A DNA stretch of 64,000 nt, taken from the NCBI GenBank assembly GCA_038249465.1, contig JBBRWD010000011.1, positions 38,458-102,457 on the forward strand, written 5' to 3'. Below, in pieces: positions 13,301 through 19,595 of this stretch. Numbering within the stretch: the stretch's first letter is position 1; every line of letters starts with the position of its first letter. Below the pieces are notes generated by a model. It did no database searches. It had not been told where the DNA came from and worked only from the letters and a program-made list of their open reading frames with translations. This DNA comes from Limisphaerales bacterium. Lineage in GTDB: Bacteria; Verrucomicrobiota; Verrucomicrobiia; Limisphaerales; JBBRWD01. A program made the position numbers and the translations under genes.

Positions 13301-14834
13301 GCCCACCGAGACTGTCGGCCACCTGGCTGCGGTAGATCTCCTCGATGAGCGGCACCAATCGTTTCGCATCTGCCGACGAGCCGATCTCGATGTACTTCGT
13401 CTGCTGCGGCAGCGGGAAGTTGGACCCCGTCTCCAGTTGCGTGACGATATCGACCGCCGTCTGCACGTCGCCCGGCGAGCCGGTGACGACGATGCTGCGG
13501 CTGTTCGGATCCACCGTCACGTTCGCGATCGGCACGGCGATGCCGCCGGGCATGCGGCGCGAGAGTGCGTCGGTCAGAATCTTCGCCACGTTCGTCGCCT
13601 CGGCGGTGCGCACGCGGAACACCTTCGTCACCTGCACGGTCTGCGAGCGCAGCGCCGGCGTCGTGCCGCCGGTGCCGTGAACCGGCTTGTCGAGGCGGTT
13701 GATCAACTGCTCGATCTGATCGAGTTGCGCGCCGACGGGTGCGGCGACGATGAGGCGGTTCAATATTGCGTCGGGGATGACGCGCGCCTTGGTCGCCGCG
13801 GTGGCCGCAGTCTCGCCTGGCATGGCGATGCCCGGGATGGCCTGGCGGATCATGGTGGCGAGTTCCTCGGCCTTGGTGATCTGCGGAAAATAAATGCGCA
13901 CATCTCCACCGCCGCCTTCCTTGTCCTCGAATTTCGAGATCAATTCCTCCGCCAGCCCGAGCCGATCCCGCGGCCCGAAAAGCACCAGCGTGCGCGACGC
14001 GTCATCAAACACTGCCGTCACGTAATCATTCGGGTCCGGCGGCAACACTTCGAGCTGCTTGTTGTTGGGATTGTATTGCGTGCGCTTCGGCGCGGTGGCG
14101 ATGCCGAAGGTTCGGTTGAGCAGATCGGACACGACGGCGCCCGAGGCATGGAGCAGCGTGAAGGCTTTCATCTGGCGATCCGCCACGGCCTCGTTGTCGA
14201 TGGCGGCCAGCAGGCTCTTGACCCGTTGGATGTTCGCCAGCCGGTCGGTGATGATCAGTCCGCGGCCCTTCGAGAGCGGCGCCAGCGATCCGGCGTTGGA
14301 GAGCATGCTGAGGATGGCTTCGGCCACATCTTTGCTGTCGAGGTTCTTCACCTCGAGCACCACGGTGACGACCTCGCTGCCGCGCACATCGCCGGTCTGG
14401 TCGATGCCGCGCATGATGCGCAACGGCATTTGCGGAAGCTGTTTGAGCCCGACGAGCCGGAGGTAATGCCCGTCCTCCACCAGCATCACGCCCTTCATGG
14501 AGAGCATGAGGTTCAAGGTCTCCAGCGCCTCGGAGTAGTTGTAGGGACGCGGATCGTTGAAGGTGAGCGCGCCGACGACGTTGGTGTCCGAGACCAGCGG
14601 CTTGTTGACCATCTGCGCGAAACGATCGACGACGTCGCTATAGGGAATGCCGTCGAACTGGAAGCGGATGTTGCGGGCAGGTTCGTTGGTGGCCGCGGCG
14701 GCTGCGGCCGGGGCGGCGGTGGGCTTGGGTGCCGGCGCGGGCTGCGGCTTCGCGTCCTGGGCGAACATTCCTGCGCAGGTGAACAAGGCGATCACCAGCG
14801 CCACCCAATAAGCTTTCAGGTTCTTCATACGCAT
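1341..14834 (-). CDS. giant secretin (GspD/PilQ superfamily) with an N0-like domain plus about 49 tandem Secretin_N-like modules
   Basis: One uninterrupted ORF (track 1341..14927, 4528 aa). I place the start at ATG 14834 or 14828, where 'MRMKNLKAYWVALVIALFTCAGMFAQD' reads as a signal peptide. This gives about 4,497 aa. The C-terminal ~300 aa (about nt 1480-2290) is a canonical secretin domain: 'GGDLQFLLRALQNDGRLEVLTRPQILTADNKSASINIGQRIP', 'VPILGDVPGLGFLFR', 'ELLIMLTPQVL'. The N-terminal segment 'IRFQFDGIPYSDVVDRFAQMVNKPLV' is N0-like. The middle is a hand-parsed array of modules with the pattern 'RVFxLK..A..V...L....V..D.R.N.LIV.G......I..LI..LD'. Confidence 0.9.
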   Translation of the reverse strand: MRMKNLKAYWVALVIALFTCAGMFAQDAKPQPAPAPKPTAAPAAAAAATNEPARNIRFQFDGIPYSDVVDRFAQMVNKPLVSDTNVVGALTFNDPRPYNYSEALETLNLMLSMKGVMLVEDGHYLRLVGLKQLPQMPLRIMRGIDQTGDVRGSEVVTVVLEVKNLDSKDVAEAILSMLSNAGSLAPLSKGRGLIITDRLANIQRVKSLLAAIDNEAVADRQMKAFTLLHASGAVVSDLLNRTFGIATAPKRTQYNPNNKQLEVLPPDPNDYVTAVFDDASRTLVLFGPRDRLGLAEELISKFEDKEGGGGDVRIYFPQITKAEELATMIRQAIPGIAMPGETAATAATKARVIPDAILNRLIVAAPVGAQLDQIEQLINRLDKPVHGTGGTTPALRSQTVQVTKVFRVRTAEATNVAKILTDALSRRMPGGIAVPIANVTVDPNSRSIVVTGSPGDVQTAVDIVTQLETGSNFPLPQQTKYIEIGSSADAKRLVPLIEEIYRSQVADSLGGQTAHAKIMPDMESGRIIVTASAEHLERVEEIVKQLRLQTTRPLERRLQIIPLKHLQVETALANMQSLITERMSDKQFAEQAKPMIVADAPNNRLLITASDEQFKEIDQVVKMLDVTTERVKREMAVVPVHGKPALELIALTTQLMPTVVDEPASAQLAPKMMPDTSGKQIIVLATAKDMERLTNLIQQLDAASSAGTARQFKGVELFSRNATDLTPLVQQLYTEQMRGFPEPQGGAATLLAETKNNRIMVSGSEREIARVEAIIRQLDPAGRVGAKEETRVIRLRSGLAADMASLVEKSLNAQSQQVKVQVDARSNALVVSGETAGVEAAAKIIEQLDTKSDLQPREMRIFELKQGDATTTAPMVTTLFSEMVRDQFGPTYTVQTKIVPDAAGNRLIVTGPSEELKTVAAVIEKLDQAPEAAGGARVFKLLNADAMQVVGVVSNAMLKFDTRNQPIRRVSVTAERESNSIIVSGPRNDLKDAEGIIQRLDNEGLEPGATAGTAPGRNREMKIIEVRTEDPDALAGLTMKVFAAQSGSRNITNLLSITPEPSGKRLIVLAPASMLPQVESAIATLDAKPEQSARELQTVELKSANAAELLPVVNRIYSEQNVGRTTRSATIYADAAGTRLMVYGTKDQVTAVKQIVETAQGEARAPRESKVFEVGKLADAQRLMPLMQQLYKDQVASDPALGLADAQFVSDGRTGRLIVSARQTQMKPIEDIFARLQVGTVTNPAPRETRSFEVGNAADVQRLLPLVQQLYTDQWKDRNETDPADAQVMGDGRTGRLIITGKPEHVKAIEGILKQLGAETNPETIKVKSAARDTRIFDLTTANAVELSTTVRTLYLDEAKARWGAMTPDTLIVPDVGGNRLIVTGETNELDSIEEIVKKLDKVGVQSASARVFKLKSADPAKVAEILTTAMVRYDAYGRSVRRATVSVDPKSRTLIVTGDPKELQGVSVIIEQLDASLGTQPERKMKVVTLQKGKVSELLPKVRQLYTDQLTAQPELGTTEFLILDDATSNQLILAGSEAQLTLLEKIISDLQAAQTAHGPRETKMIEIGQVDEMARLLPLVQQLYTERWRDKEIGDPADAQIVSDTRSARFIVTGRTNHLAEIEKIVGELRTAELNQPRDTRIFDLTTANAVEFSSTVRSLYLDQSKNRPGAQTLDTSILPDVTANRLIVTGSSNELAVVEEIIKKLDKVTAQSGTVRVFKLKSADPTKVVEILGNALTSYDAYNRPRRRVGLTLDAKTRTIIVAGDPKELQSLQNAALIIEQLDSALGTQAERKIKVVTLKQAKVAEMSAKVRQLYNDQLSSKPDLGTTDVLILDDAPSNQLILAGSDTQLELLDKIITDLQAAAVAQGSRETKVLEIGPADEVLRLQPLVTQLYQDRWKNKEANDPADAQVLADAQNGKLILTGRTNHLVEIEAFVQQLRSPQSAEARETRVYELNSSSAPELAQTVNQLYQEQLKTRPVAGVVAALIVPDIAANRLVVSGLSNELVAVEAIVKKLDSADALGGRTRVFKLKNVDPAQASLVLSTALKEIDRFGRSIPRITVGTDTQNSLLIVSGKPQDLQSASLILDQMEQTASKESRQMRIVTLKTGVATEVASRVKELYQDQLKGHTEGGPPDALVLGDDVTSRLIITASETHLKLIEDIVKQLQETGESPSRQMRILPLQRNSAASISTMVSQLFSRQTSSQDPAERLVVTPSADDRTIVLEAAGATLEKVEQLVRNLDGTNAPGAMEVRTYQIPEGNAAELAPTLTRLFEERVGATTVGLAPRFEADANVNILMVAATKEQFEQIDKLVIELKKTAEVSNEIRTFTLKNGDAVQVAQVLEAMLAEGDATPGFGQGQGNLQRQRQQRQRFRPGVGLMPVTDNKSVRVAPAPAMNAVVVQGPPEKLSLAEKLIENLDKSDLESRTSIQTVHLKKGRAETVAEAVTQSIAARQGQAQGRLQRVSVTAVESANSLLINGPEDAVTEVMKIIKDLDTEGESDEIEVHIYKLENGSAKEVSSVLQQLLQNVSRAQMRGRNARFVPASVTVDDRNNALVISASRSHFKIVEQLLPTLDKAPDRSDRDVHFVWLKNAKAEEVVPRLQTVFEGRAVGEKPVIEADLFANSITVIGRKSDVVQIQDLITKLDDAVKDSSVVVRFRPIENIPVEQMARMLQNIYPQMANGRIRVAEKVAPPKQEKPAPVTVPVNGNQDEKPDPPTPPQEENKDAETGSPEVVIAIDKDANALILSGPAHELDQIDRIVNDLSFSAISGEAELRVFMLKEADPVIVARTITDLFRSEQVRIEQPFGAPVRPGEVRTMVPPPKMSAVAEPRTRSVIVRAKPTDFALLENLIKQLDTAGVTGQLEFRLVTLSNAPPEKIAPLVQQMVTQLNVLRPGEPLTVSPDQRTRGLLVVARTNIFEQLEKLIRSLDTPSAYVEAEVLVLTLKKASAPQLALVLQGMLAPVAPGQGIGQVTPEARELQEQVRRLRIQNDQGDAVTLDLTKPIKVQADPMWNGAPGANRLILTSTPDNLKALSAVVAMMDTVAITDGVQVKLVQLEYADAATVSQTLNTIFQQAQRFITGPAGRGEPTNEVGRALVNPLNTATDPRSNTLILSGDPASVELAMKVVTDLDKKEERFVTEVKLFRLKHASATRLLPILQAVFAEGPPIPGIEGVTTYVTRLRLALENGNGNGAPKTTTQSKTRAALSMQADELSNILIVAARADALPLIEQVINQLDIPTASGMATLRVYPLQHADAAVIQKIVTDLFAGPKAATIRNEDKPNITLDERSNTMIVAGNEKSFAIIDSLLAKLDVALPLEFRDIHIVPLEHADASELAGSLQKLMDARVTQRSTLGKGQADSLRVLIVADQRSNALLIGGGKDSFELVQSLARELDRAETALSGKIRLVPLQYADARAMVVSLTQLFAQRYTAARTPEMQRKRPVIVADPRANALLISAGVDDNSAIDDLLSKLDRKLEDPAMAVTVIALKHNDATRISTMLEGVFAARQRNRTVQGVGPQPTDTVEIQPESLNNSLVVYASKENLEIIQSLLERIDVEPVAADGVIEMFTLEYADAQRVSAMLRSLVQQGLYRPGAPTGVARGANAAANRREALAVAVDPRSNTLIVSASPENLAVVKEIVKKVDTKDFAADGNVKIYELKHARASSLSTVLSQFFQAKRQGEAQAPNAAERSIPVSVIPDDRSNTLLVTGTKEGFDVMDRLVKQLDAEDTVSRMNFRVFPLKRATATTLQPTLQRLFVNRPPRVRGEPLDPITLVADAWVNALLVGASIEDMGMVAGMIDKLDSEMTDPGLAIQVLPLAKADARRVAQTIQALYRDGTPGVALPVMVNPDERMNALIVSAGEADLTRIKELVAKLDTDQVARVSEIRVVALKYARAETLSGILNTALNTRAAALAEESPNTQSLLQFITRNEDGHQLVTSALKEGVLITPDARMNSLIVSAPVDYIDLLEQVIAKLDTSSPRQAKIKVFALQNADARQTSELLLSLFRLQQVGGGPTGSQRSIQYTLVKPASETRPGSEESLASAVIGSEEQSALTVTVDPRTNSLLVGGTDHYVALVEEIINALDSSTAQERRTEIIRLRNAQAPDVATAISTFLAQERQRVVQVLGQEAVGTAQRMLEREVAIVADQVSNTLLLSASPRFFEEIRKLIDQLDEQQPQVLIQVLLAEVTLDSIGELGLEWTYKKDIGDGRTLGMGTMFSMRDNGNPDMGSALNNFANGYSAVMAGGDLQFLLRALQNDGRLEVLTRPQILTADNKSASINIGQRIPLITDSRTTPQNDTINSFRYEDVGVNLTVTPRISSDGFVSIEVGTTNSALSSSTVEINKNATVPIINSRRANTTVNVQSGQTVVIGGLIATVDDTRTKKVPILGDVPGLGFLFRARKTQKDRKELLIMLTPQVLVHGKRVPEEMTMEAFSQQEMRQSGIKDQIRRDDVQKKLLEPFFPERKLTPEEMNPDPATPPDQPSKKDKAS
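8301..11096 (-). repeat. in-frame tandem triplication of a 4-module block inside the secretin gene (units about 945, 933 and 918 nt)
   Basis: Unit starts are anchored on the codons for 'RETRSFEV' (11096), 'RETKMIEI' (10151) and 'RETKVLEI' (9218). The array ends before 'RQMRILPL' (about 8300). Units 1 and 2 share long identical runs ('RDTRIFDLTTANAVE', 'RVFKLKSADP', 'SNQLILAGS'). Unit 3 is more diverged. The periodicity is also visible in the antisense ORF 9225..10769. Confidence 0.85.
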
Positions 14835-15062
14835 AATTCGATGAGCCTGGTCGGGGACTGATTCAATGTCATTGGTATTTGTTTGGGGGAGATGGTTCGC
14901 TGGGAACAGCACAACGCCCGAGGGCATTCGCCAGCCGCGACAGCACTCGCAAAGACATTTTCACCTCGCATCCTTTGCAGCTTCCACCTGCTGCGACACA
15001 AATGTGGCGACAGGTCGAGACGAGCAACAACTCGCGTTCTGGCGACTGCGCGATCAATCGCC

Positions 15063-15305
15063 TCAAACGTCGCGGATGAGATCCCGCGCTCGCACGCCCA
15101 GTGCCTTGGAGATTTTGATCAGCGAGCCGACAGAGATGTCCAGATTACCGCGTTCGACTTCGCCAATGAAGTTGTGGTGGAGGTCCGCCTTCTCGGCCAG
15201 TTTCTCCTGGGTCAAACCCGCCCGCCTCCGGTGTATCCGGATTGTCTCACCCACCACGCGGCGGTATTCGGGCTTGGCTGGCACAACCAACCATGAGAAG
15301 GACAA
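15063..15305 (-). CDS. XRE (Cro/C1-type) helix-turn-helix transcriptional regulator
   Basis: 'ETIRIHRRRAGLTQEKLAEKADLHHNFIGEVERGNLDISVGSLIKISKALGV' is a textbook HTH_3 layout. The track start at 15305 is TTG. GTG codons at 15257 and 15254 are alternative starts. The gene lies about 230 nt upstream of the secretin on the same strand. Confidence 0.75.
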   Translation of the reverse strand: MSFSWLVVPAKPEYRRVVGETIRIHRRRAGLTQEKLAEKADLHHNFIGEVERGNLDISVGSLIKISKALGVRARDLIRDV

Positions 15306-15403
15306 GCATCAGATCGCTCCACCCATCAAACTGTGTATTTAATTTCTTGCTCTGCGCTACGCCTGCGTAGTAGTGCTTTCGCCCAGGCACCCGAAAAGGT
15401 CGG

Positions 15404-18400
15404 ATGATGAAAAATCAAAAGGAAAACCTCTGGAGCGTTTCTGTTCTTGTTCTGTGTCTTCTTGTGGCCTCGGCCCGCGCCGGCGCGCAGACACTGCCGC
15501 TCTCAAACATCTTCACCAACACCGGAGCCACGACCGGCACCAACCTCTGGCAGTACGCCGCCAGCAATCATCCCACGTACTACACCAGCGCGACCTCTGG
15601 CGACTCCCGGTTCTTTCGCGGTGTGTTCACGCCCGCCAGCAGCAGCGCCAAGCTGGCCATTCACTCGGACGATGGTTCGACGGTGCTCATCAACGGCCAG
15701 CTTTATCTCAGCAAGGCAGGCGTTCCGACCAGCCTGCAAGACATGGCCGGTTCGTTCAATTTCCTGAACTACACCTTCAGCAACGGCGTCGAGTATTGCG
15801 TCGAAGTCACCTACCAGAATGGCCAATACACCCCCGGCGATCAGGATGGCGTGACCCTCTACGCCTACGACGGCGGCGGTTCGGCCCGTGGCGGGCTGCG
15901 CATCACCGGCAACGACGCGGTGTGCGTCGGCAACACGCTTTCGCTGACGGCCGATTGTGGCACGCCCTCGTTCAATTGGTCCAGCGGCAACACGAGCATC
16001 GCCACCGTGAACAGCAGCGGCGTCGTGACGGGCGTCAGTTCCGGTTCGACGAGCATCACCGTGACGGACGCGGAAAGCGTGAGCGGCTCGAAAACTATTT
16101 ACGTGGTGAAGCCGGGCATCTCGCCGAGCAACGTGGTGACCGGCGTTGGCGTGACCAATACGTTTGTCCTGACCAACTCGGCAGGCAGCGGCACGGTGAC
16201 CTGGAATCCGCAGGGCACGCTCAGCCCGAACACGCGCACAAACAAAATCGCGTTTGCCTCGCCTGGCACCACGAGCATGACCGCCAGCTACGCCGGTTGT
16301 TCCGCCAATGCGAACATCACCGCCGTGGCCGTGGCCAGCCTCACGGCGAACGTGGGCGATATTTGCGGCAGCGCCCAGGTGATTTACACCGCGCAATCCT
16401 CGCCAGCCGGCTACGAATCCGTGCTGACGTGGAGCGGCGAAGGATTGAGCGGCACCGGCGCCAAGCGGACCAATTTCTATTCGACCCTCGGCCCGCATGT
16501 GGTGAGCGTTTCGAGCGGAACTTCCGTCAAATCCATCACGAACACGGTCTATAAAATCGACATCGCCGAGACGACGCAAACGGCGCTGGCGGACAGCACG
16601 GCGCCGGTCACGTTTTCGTTGACCAACAGCTACGGGCCGGCCACCTGGCAGATTGGCGGCTCCGGCCCCTCGTTCGCCAGCCAGAACACCGGGAACAGTG
16701 TCTCGATCAATCCCGGTTCAAATGCGGGCAATTTCACTATCACGGCCTACGCCACGGCCTTGCCCGGCTGCACCGACACGGCCACGTTACAGGTCGTGAA
16801 AGTGGCGTTCTCCACGAATCTGGTGGCGCTGTGCGAAGGGAGCACGAGCAGTCTGACCGTCACCGTCACCCCCTCTTCCGCCGTGTCGCTGCTGTCCTTC
16901 GACACCGTGACCAACACGGCGACCGGCCCGTCCAACACGCACGCGAGCGTGACCGTGAACAACGGCACGAACCTGACCATCACCGGCTCGGCCGCGGGGA
17001 CCGCCTACCTGCGCGCCAAATTGGGCAACACCGTTCTCATCGGCCCGATCATTCAAATCGTGCGCGTCACCTTCCCGCCGGAGGCGTGGTATGTCGGCGT
17101 CGGGAATTCGCGGGACTTTACAGCCACGGTGCTCCCGGCGAATGCCGCGGTCATTTTCGACACGGCCTCCAGCGCCATTGCCACCGCCACTCCCATCACC
17201 GGCGGCTTGCGCGTCACGGGTGTTGGCCCCGGCACCACTCAGGTGCGGGCCAAGGTGGGTGGCGGCGCGGCTTGCGCGACCAAGGATGTGACCGCGGTGC
17301 GGGTGAAATTCGCCACAAATATGGTGGCCCTTTGCAACGGGAATAGCGCCACTGTGGGCGTTGCCATCGACCCTCCCGGCTCCCCGGTGAGTTTTGCTCC
17401 GAGCAGCGCAAGTCTCCTCCAGGTGGCCGTCCAGGGTACTAACGTGACAATAACGTCCTTGAACAACGGCAGTGGCCTTGTCAACGCCAGCGTTGGGAAC
17501 GTAATTACCGACTGGCTGGTTGCCTGGAGCTTGACGGTGCGTTTTCCTGCCAGTGAATGGTTTGTCCCTTTGGGTGGCAGTCAGTTCTTCACGGTGCTGG
17601 TCGATCCCCCGTTCTTTTCACCACAGGTTGATTTCACGTCTTCGGATACCAACATCGGTACCGTGACGGCGGCAGGCTACCCGCTTCGTGCGGCAGTCTT
17701 CGGAAAGACGAATGCCAGCGCGCAAATCCTTGCGTCGGTCGGTATGGGGCAACCATGCGGTGCAAAAAACTTCACGGTGTTTCATTTTGACAACTTGCGG
17801 TTTCAAAAGGCGACCATGACGGGTGCCTGGAAGAACATCGATCAGTCTTACAAGTTCCTCGGTGTCTTCACCGGCCAGACCGCCACATTCGGCATAGTGA
17901 CGACTCCTGCGGGACTGGCATTGCCGAGTGACGCTGTGCGCTGGTCTGGTGCGGCATCTGGCAGCAGCACTCAGGTAAACGTCACGTTTCCCAAAGCGGG
18001 ATCTGCGCAAATCATCGCCACTATCGGCACAGTGGCCAAGAGCACTTCCGCCGAAGTGTTCGACCAGCCTGCAGGCACCGGTGAGAACGCTTATGCTCTT
18101 GGACATCCGTTTCAAACAGCAACAGCCATTTACAGGAATCTGGCTGGACTTAATCCTTTGACGCTCGAGCCATTTGTCTGGGCGAGCACGAACTATCCAG
18201 GCTTACAGCCGCAAAACACTATTGCTGATGCCGCGCGGCACGCCTATTGGACATGTCTGTTGACACGGTACACCGATGCTAGTTACGCCAAAGGAATAAC
18301 GACGGCACACGAAGTTTCCATGCTCGGCCCTTCCACCGAGACCGTCATGGATTTGCACAACAACTCGATAGGGATTGTGATCTCGTCCAACCACACGCAT

Positions 18401-18532
18401 GGCGTGGACAACGCGTGCTGTCAGGCGGCTGTGGTTATCGCAGTCAACACAGGACTTCTCTGGTATCTCGACGGTTCATATGGAGCGACTGACACGAACG
18501 AGGGAACACTTTTGCAACCCACCAACAAGTAA
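15404..18532 (+). CDS. secreted multi-Big_2 (bacterial Ig-like) surface protein with a PA14-like N-domain and a distinct C-terminal HxxW..HE..DxxNN module
   Basis: ATG at 15404 was verified. The signal peptide is 'LWSVSVLVLCLLVASARAGAQ'. 'KLAIHSDDGSTVLINGQLYL' is PA14-like. There are repeated Big_2 signatures ('VCVGNTLSLTA..SSGNTSIATVNSSGVVTGVSSGSTSITVTD' and several degenerate copies). The last ~160 aa contain 'ADAARHAYWTCLLTRY..TTAHEVS..MDLHNNSIG'. Confidence 0.8.
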   Translation: MMKNQKENLWSVSVLVLCLLVASARAGAQTLPLSNIFTNTGATTGTNLWQYAASNHPTYYTSATSGDSRFFRGVFTPASSSAKLAIHSDDGSTVLINGQLYLSKAGVPTSLQDMAGSFNFLNYTFSNGVEYCVEVTYQNGQYTPGDQDGVTLYAYDGGGSARGGLRITGNDAVCVGNTLSLTADCGTPSFNWSSGNTSIATVNSSGVVTGVSSGSTSITVTDAESVSGSKTIYVVKPGISPSNVVTGVGVTNTFVLTNSAGSGTVTWNPQGTLSPNTRTNKIAFASPGTTSMTASYAGCSANANITAVAVASLTANVGDICGSAQVIYTAQSSPAGYESVLTWSGEGLSGTGAKRTNFYSTLGPHVVSVSSGTSVKSITNTVYKIDIAETTQTALADSTAPVTFSLTNSYGPATWQIGGSGPSFASQNTGNSVSINPGSNAGNFTITAYATALPGCTDTATLQVVKVAFSTNLVALCEGSTSSLTVTVTPSSAVSLLSFDTVTNTATGPSNTHASVTVNNGTNLTITGSAAGTAYLRAKLGNTVLIGPIIQIVRVTFPPEAWYVGVGNSRDFTATVLPANAAVIFDTASSAIATATPITGGLRVTGVGPGTTQVRAKVGGGAACATKDVTAVRVKFATNMVALCNGNSATVGVAIDPPGSPVSFAPSSASLLQVAVQGTNVTITSLNNGSGLVNASVGNVITDWLVAWSLTVRFPASEWFVPLGGSQFFTVLVDPPFFSPQVDFTSSDTNIGTVTAAGYPLRAAVFGKTNASAQILASVGMGQPCGAKNFTVFHFDNLRFQKATMTGAWKNIDQSYKFLGVFTGQTATFGIVTTPAGLALPSDAVRWSGAASGSSTQVNVTFPKAGSAQIIATIGTVAKSTSAEVFDQPAGTGENAYALGHPFQTATAIYRNLAGLNPLTLEPFVWASTNYPGLQPQNTIADAARHAYWTCLLTRYTDASYAKGITTAHEVSMLGPSTETVMDLHNNSIGIVISSNHTHGVDNACCQAAVVIAVNTGLLWYLDGSYGATDTNEGTLLQPTNK

Positions 18533-18538
18533 ATCTTT

Positions 18539-19171
18539 ATGAAAACTATGAAAATCGCACTAGCTCTGAGCGTCGTCTCACTCCATCTCAGCATGGCTGC
18601 GGCTCAAGAATTATTCCCACTGAAAACCTTGAACCTTGATACGACTTCGCAGCAGTTCATTTCTCAGTTTCCAGATGCAAGAATCGCGTTTGAAAAGAAA
18701 TCCAATGGAATACTAGTCGAGTGCAACGCTTTAGTCTTAATCCAAAGCAACTCATTTTGGAACGGAAGTATGGTTGGGATTGCCAATGGACGCGTCATCT
18801 CAATCGCGTATGTGCAAATCGAGGATTTCGAACGAGGGTTTAGCAACGCTCCGGTTATCCTTCGACACTTGATCCGAGTCGAAGGGACGAACTACACGCG
18901 AGTTGTTGCACACCACCTTGGCAAGACTGGCAAAATAGAATCACCGGTTCTGCTCTGGCAAAAATCGGACCGTGTCATTGCCTACACTTTCATGCCGCCA
19001 GAAGCGTACAAGCAGGGGGAGCCGTACGTTTGCCATCTCACCGTGTTTTCGCGAAGCAAGAAACGAGAGGAGTTCTTCGAGTTGACGACATTACCCGAAG
19101 CGGAAACAGCGAGAATCTTCAAATCCGTTGATGAAATCCTCCAAAATGAAGGCGCTCCCGGTCCACGATGA
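18539..19171 (+). CDS. hypothetical secreted protein (low-GC cassette)
   Basis: ATG at 18539 lies 6 nt after the upstream stop. The signal peptide is 'MKTMKIALALSVVSLHLSMAAAQE'. A hand count gives 79/180 G+C at 18541-18720, against 36/60 at 16201-16260. I recognise no motif. Confidence 0.6.
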   Translation: MKTMKIALALSVVSLHLSMAAAQELFPLKTLNLDTTSQQFISQFPDARIAFEKKSNGILVECNALVLIQSNSFWNGSMVGIANGRVISIAYVQIEDFERGFSNAPVILRHLIRVEGTNYTRVVAHHLGKTGKIESPVLLWQKSDRVIAYTFMPPEAYKQGEPYVCHLTVFSRSKKREEFFELTTLPEAETARIFKSVDEILQNEGAPGPR

Positions 19172-19178
19172 TGCCGCC

Positions 19179-19595
19179 ATGAAAACCGACGAATGCTTGC
19201 GAAGTAAAGAGAATGGATCGGGAAGTCGATGGCGTGGACGCGTGGTCGCACTGGCGATATTGGCAGCGGGACTGGTTGCTTGCCGGCCTGATAGACACAC
19301 AATGACTGTCAATAACAAGTCCTCCCAAACAGTTGTCTGGGTGATCGTCCAGGTTTGCGGCCAGAATCTTGCGTTCACCAACGTACCGCCCGGAGCCTCC
19401 AGAACAACGAACTTTGCCATCACAAATGACAGTGGCTATGTGGTCACAGGCGCGCTCGCAAACGGCACTCCCGTGCAAGGCGGCTTTGGCTACACGACCA
19501 AGCAATTGGGGCGTGAGAAGGTTCTGGTGGATTTACTCCCCGATGGAAAAGTAGCAGGCATCCAATCAGCCGCCCCATTATGGAGGAGCCGATGA
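19179..19595 (+). CDS. small putative lipoprotein, unknown function
   Basis: I prefer the ATG at 19179 (verified), 7 nt after the previous stop, over the track start at 19128. 'RVVALAILAAGLVACRPD' is lipobox-like. The stop overlaps the next gene's ATG (ATGA at 19592-19595). Confidence 0.5.
   Translation: MKTDECLRSKENGSGSRWRGRVVALAILAAGLVACRPDRHTMTVNNKSSQTVVWVIVQVCGQNLAFTNVPPGASRTTNFAITNDSGYVVTGALANGTPVQGGFGYTTKQLGREKVLVDLLPDGKVAGIQSAAPLWRSR

Noticed and set aside
963-14861. Very long plus-strand ORFs antisense to the secretin gene (963..3371 of 802 aa, 6567..9221 of 884 aa, 9225..10769 of 514 aa, 12504..14861 of 785 aa, and others).
   Set aside because: They are shadow ORFs of a high-GC gene. 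Their translations are Arg/Gly/His/Asp/Leu-rich with no motifs. Their internal periodicity simply mirrors the repeat structure of the sense strand, and the sense strand carries an unambiguous secretin domain.
15373-16554. A 393-aa ORF in an alternative plus frame, and a 358-aa minus-strand ORF (15503..16579), overlapping the 5' part of the Big_2 protein gene.
   Set aside because: The translations are Arg/His/Gln-rich nonsense. The frame starting at 15404 has a signal peptide and Big_2 domains.
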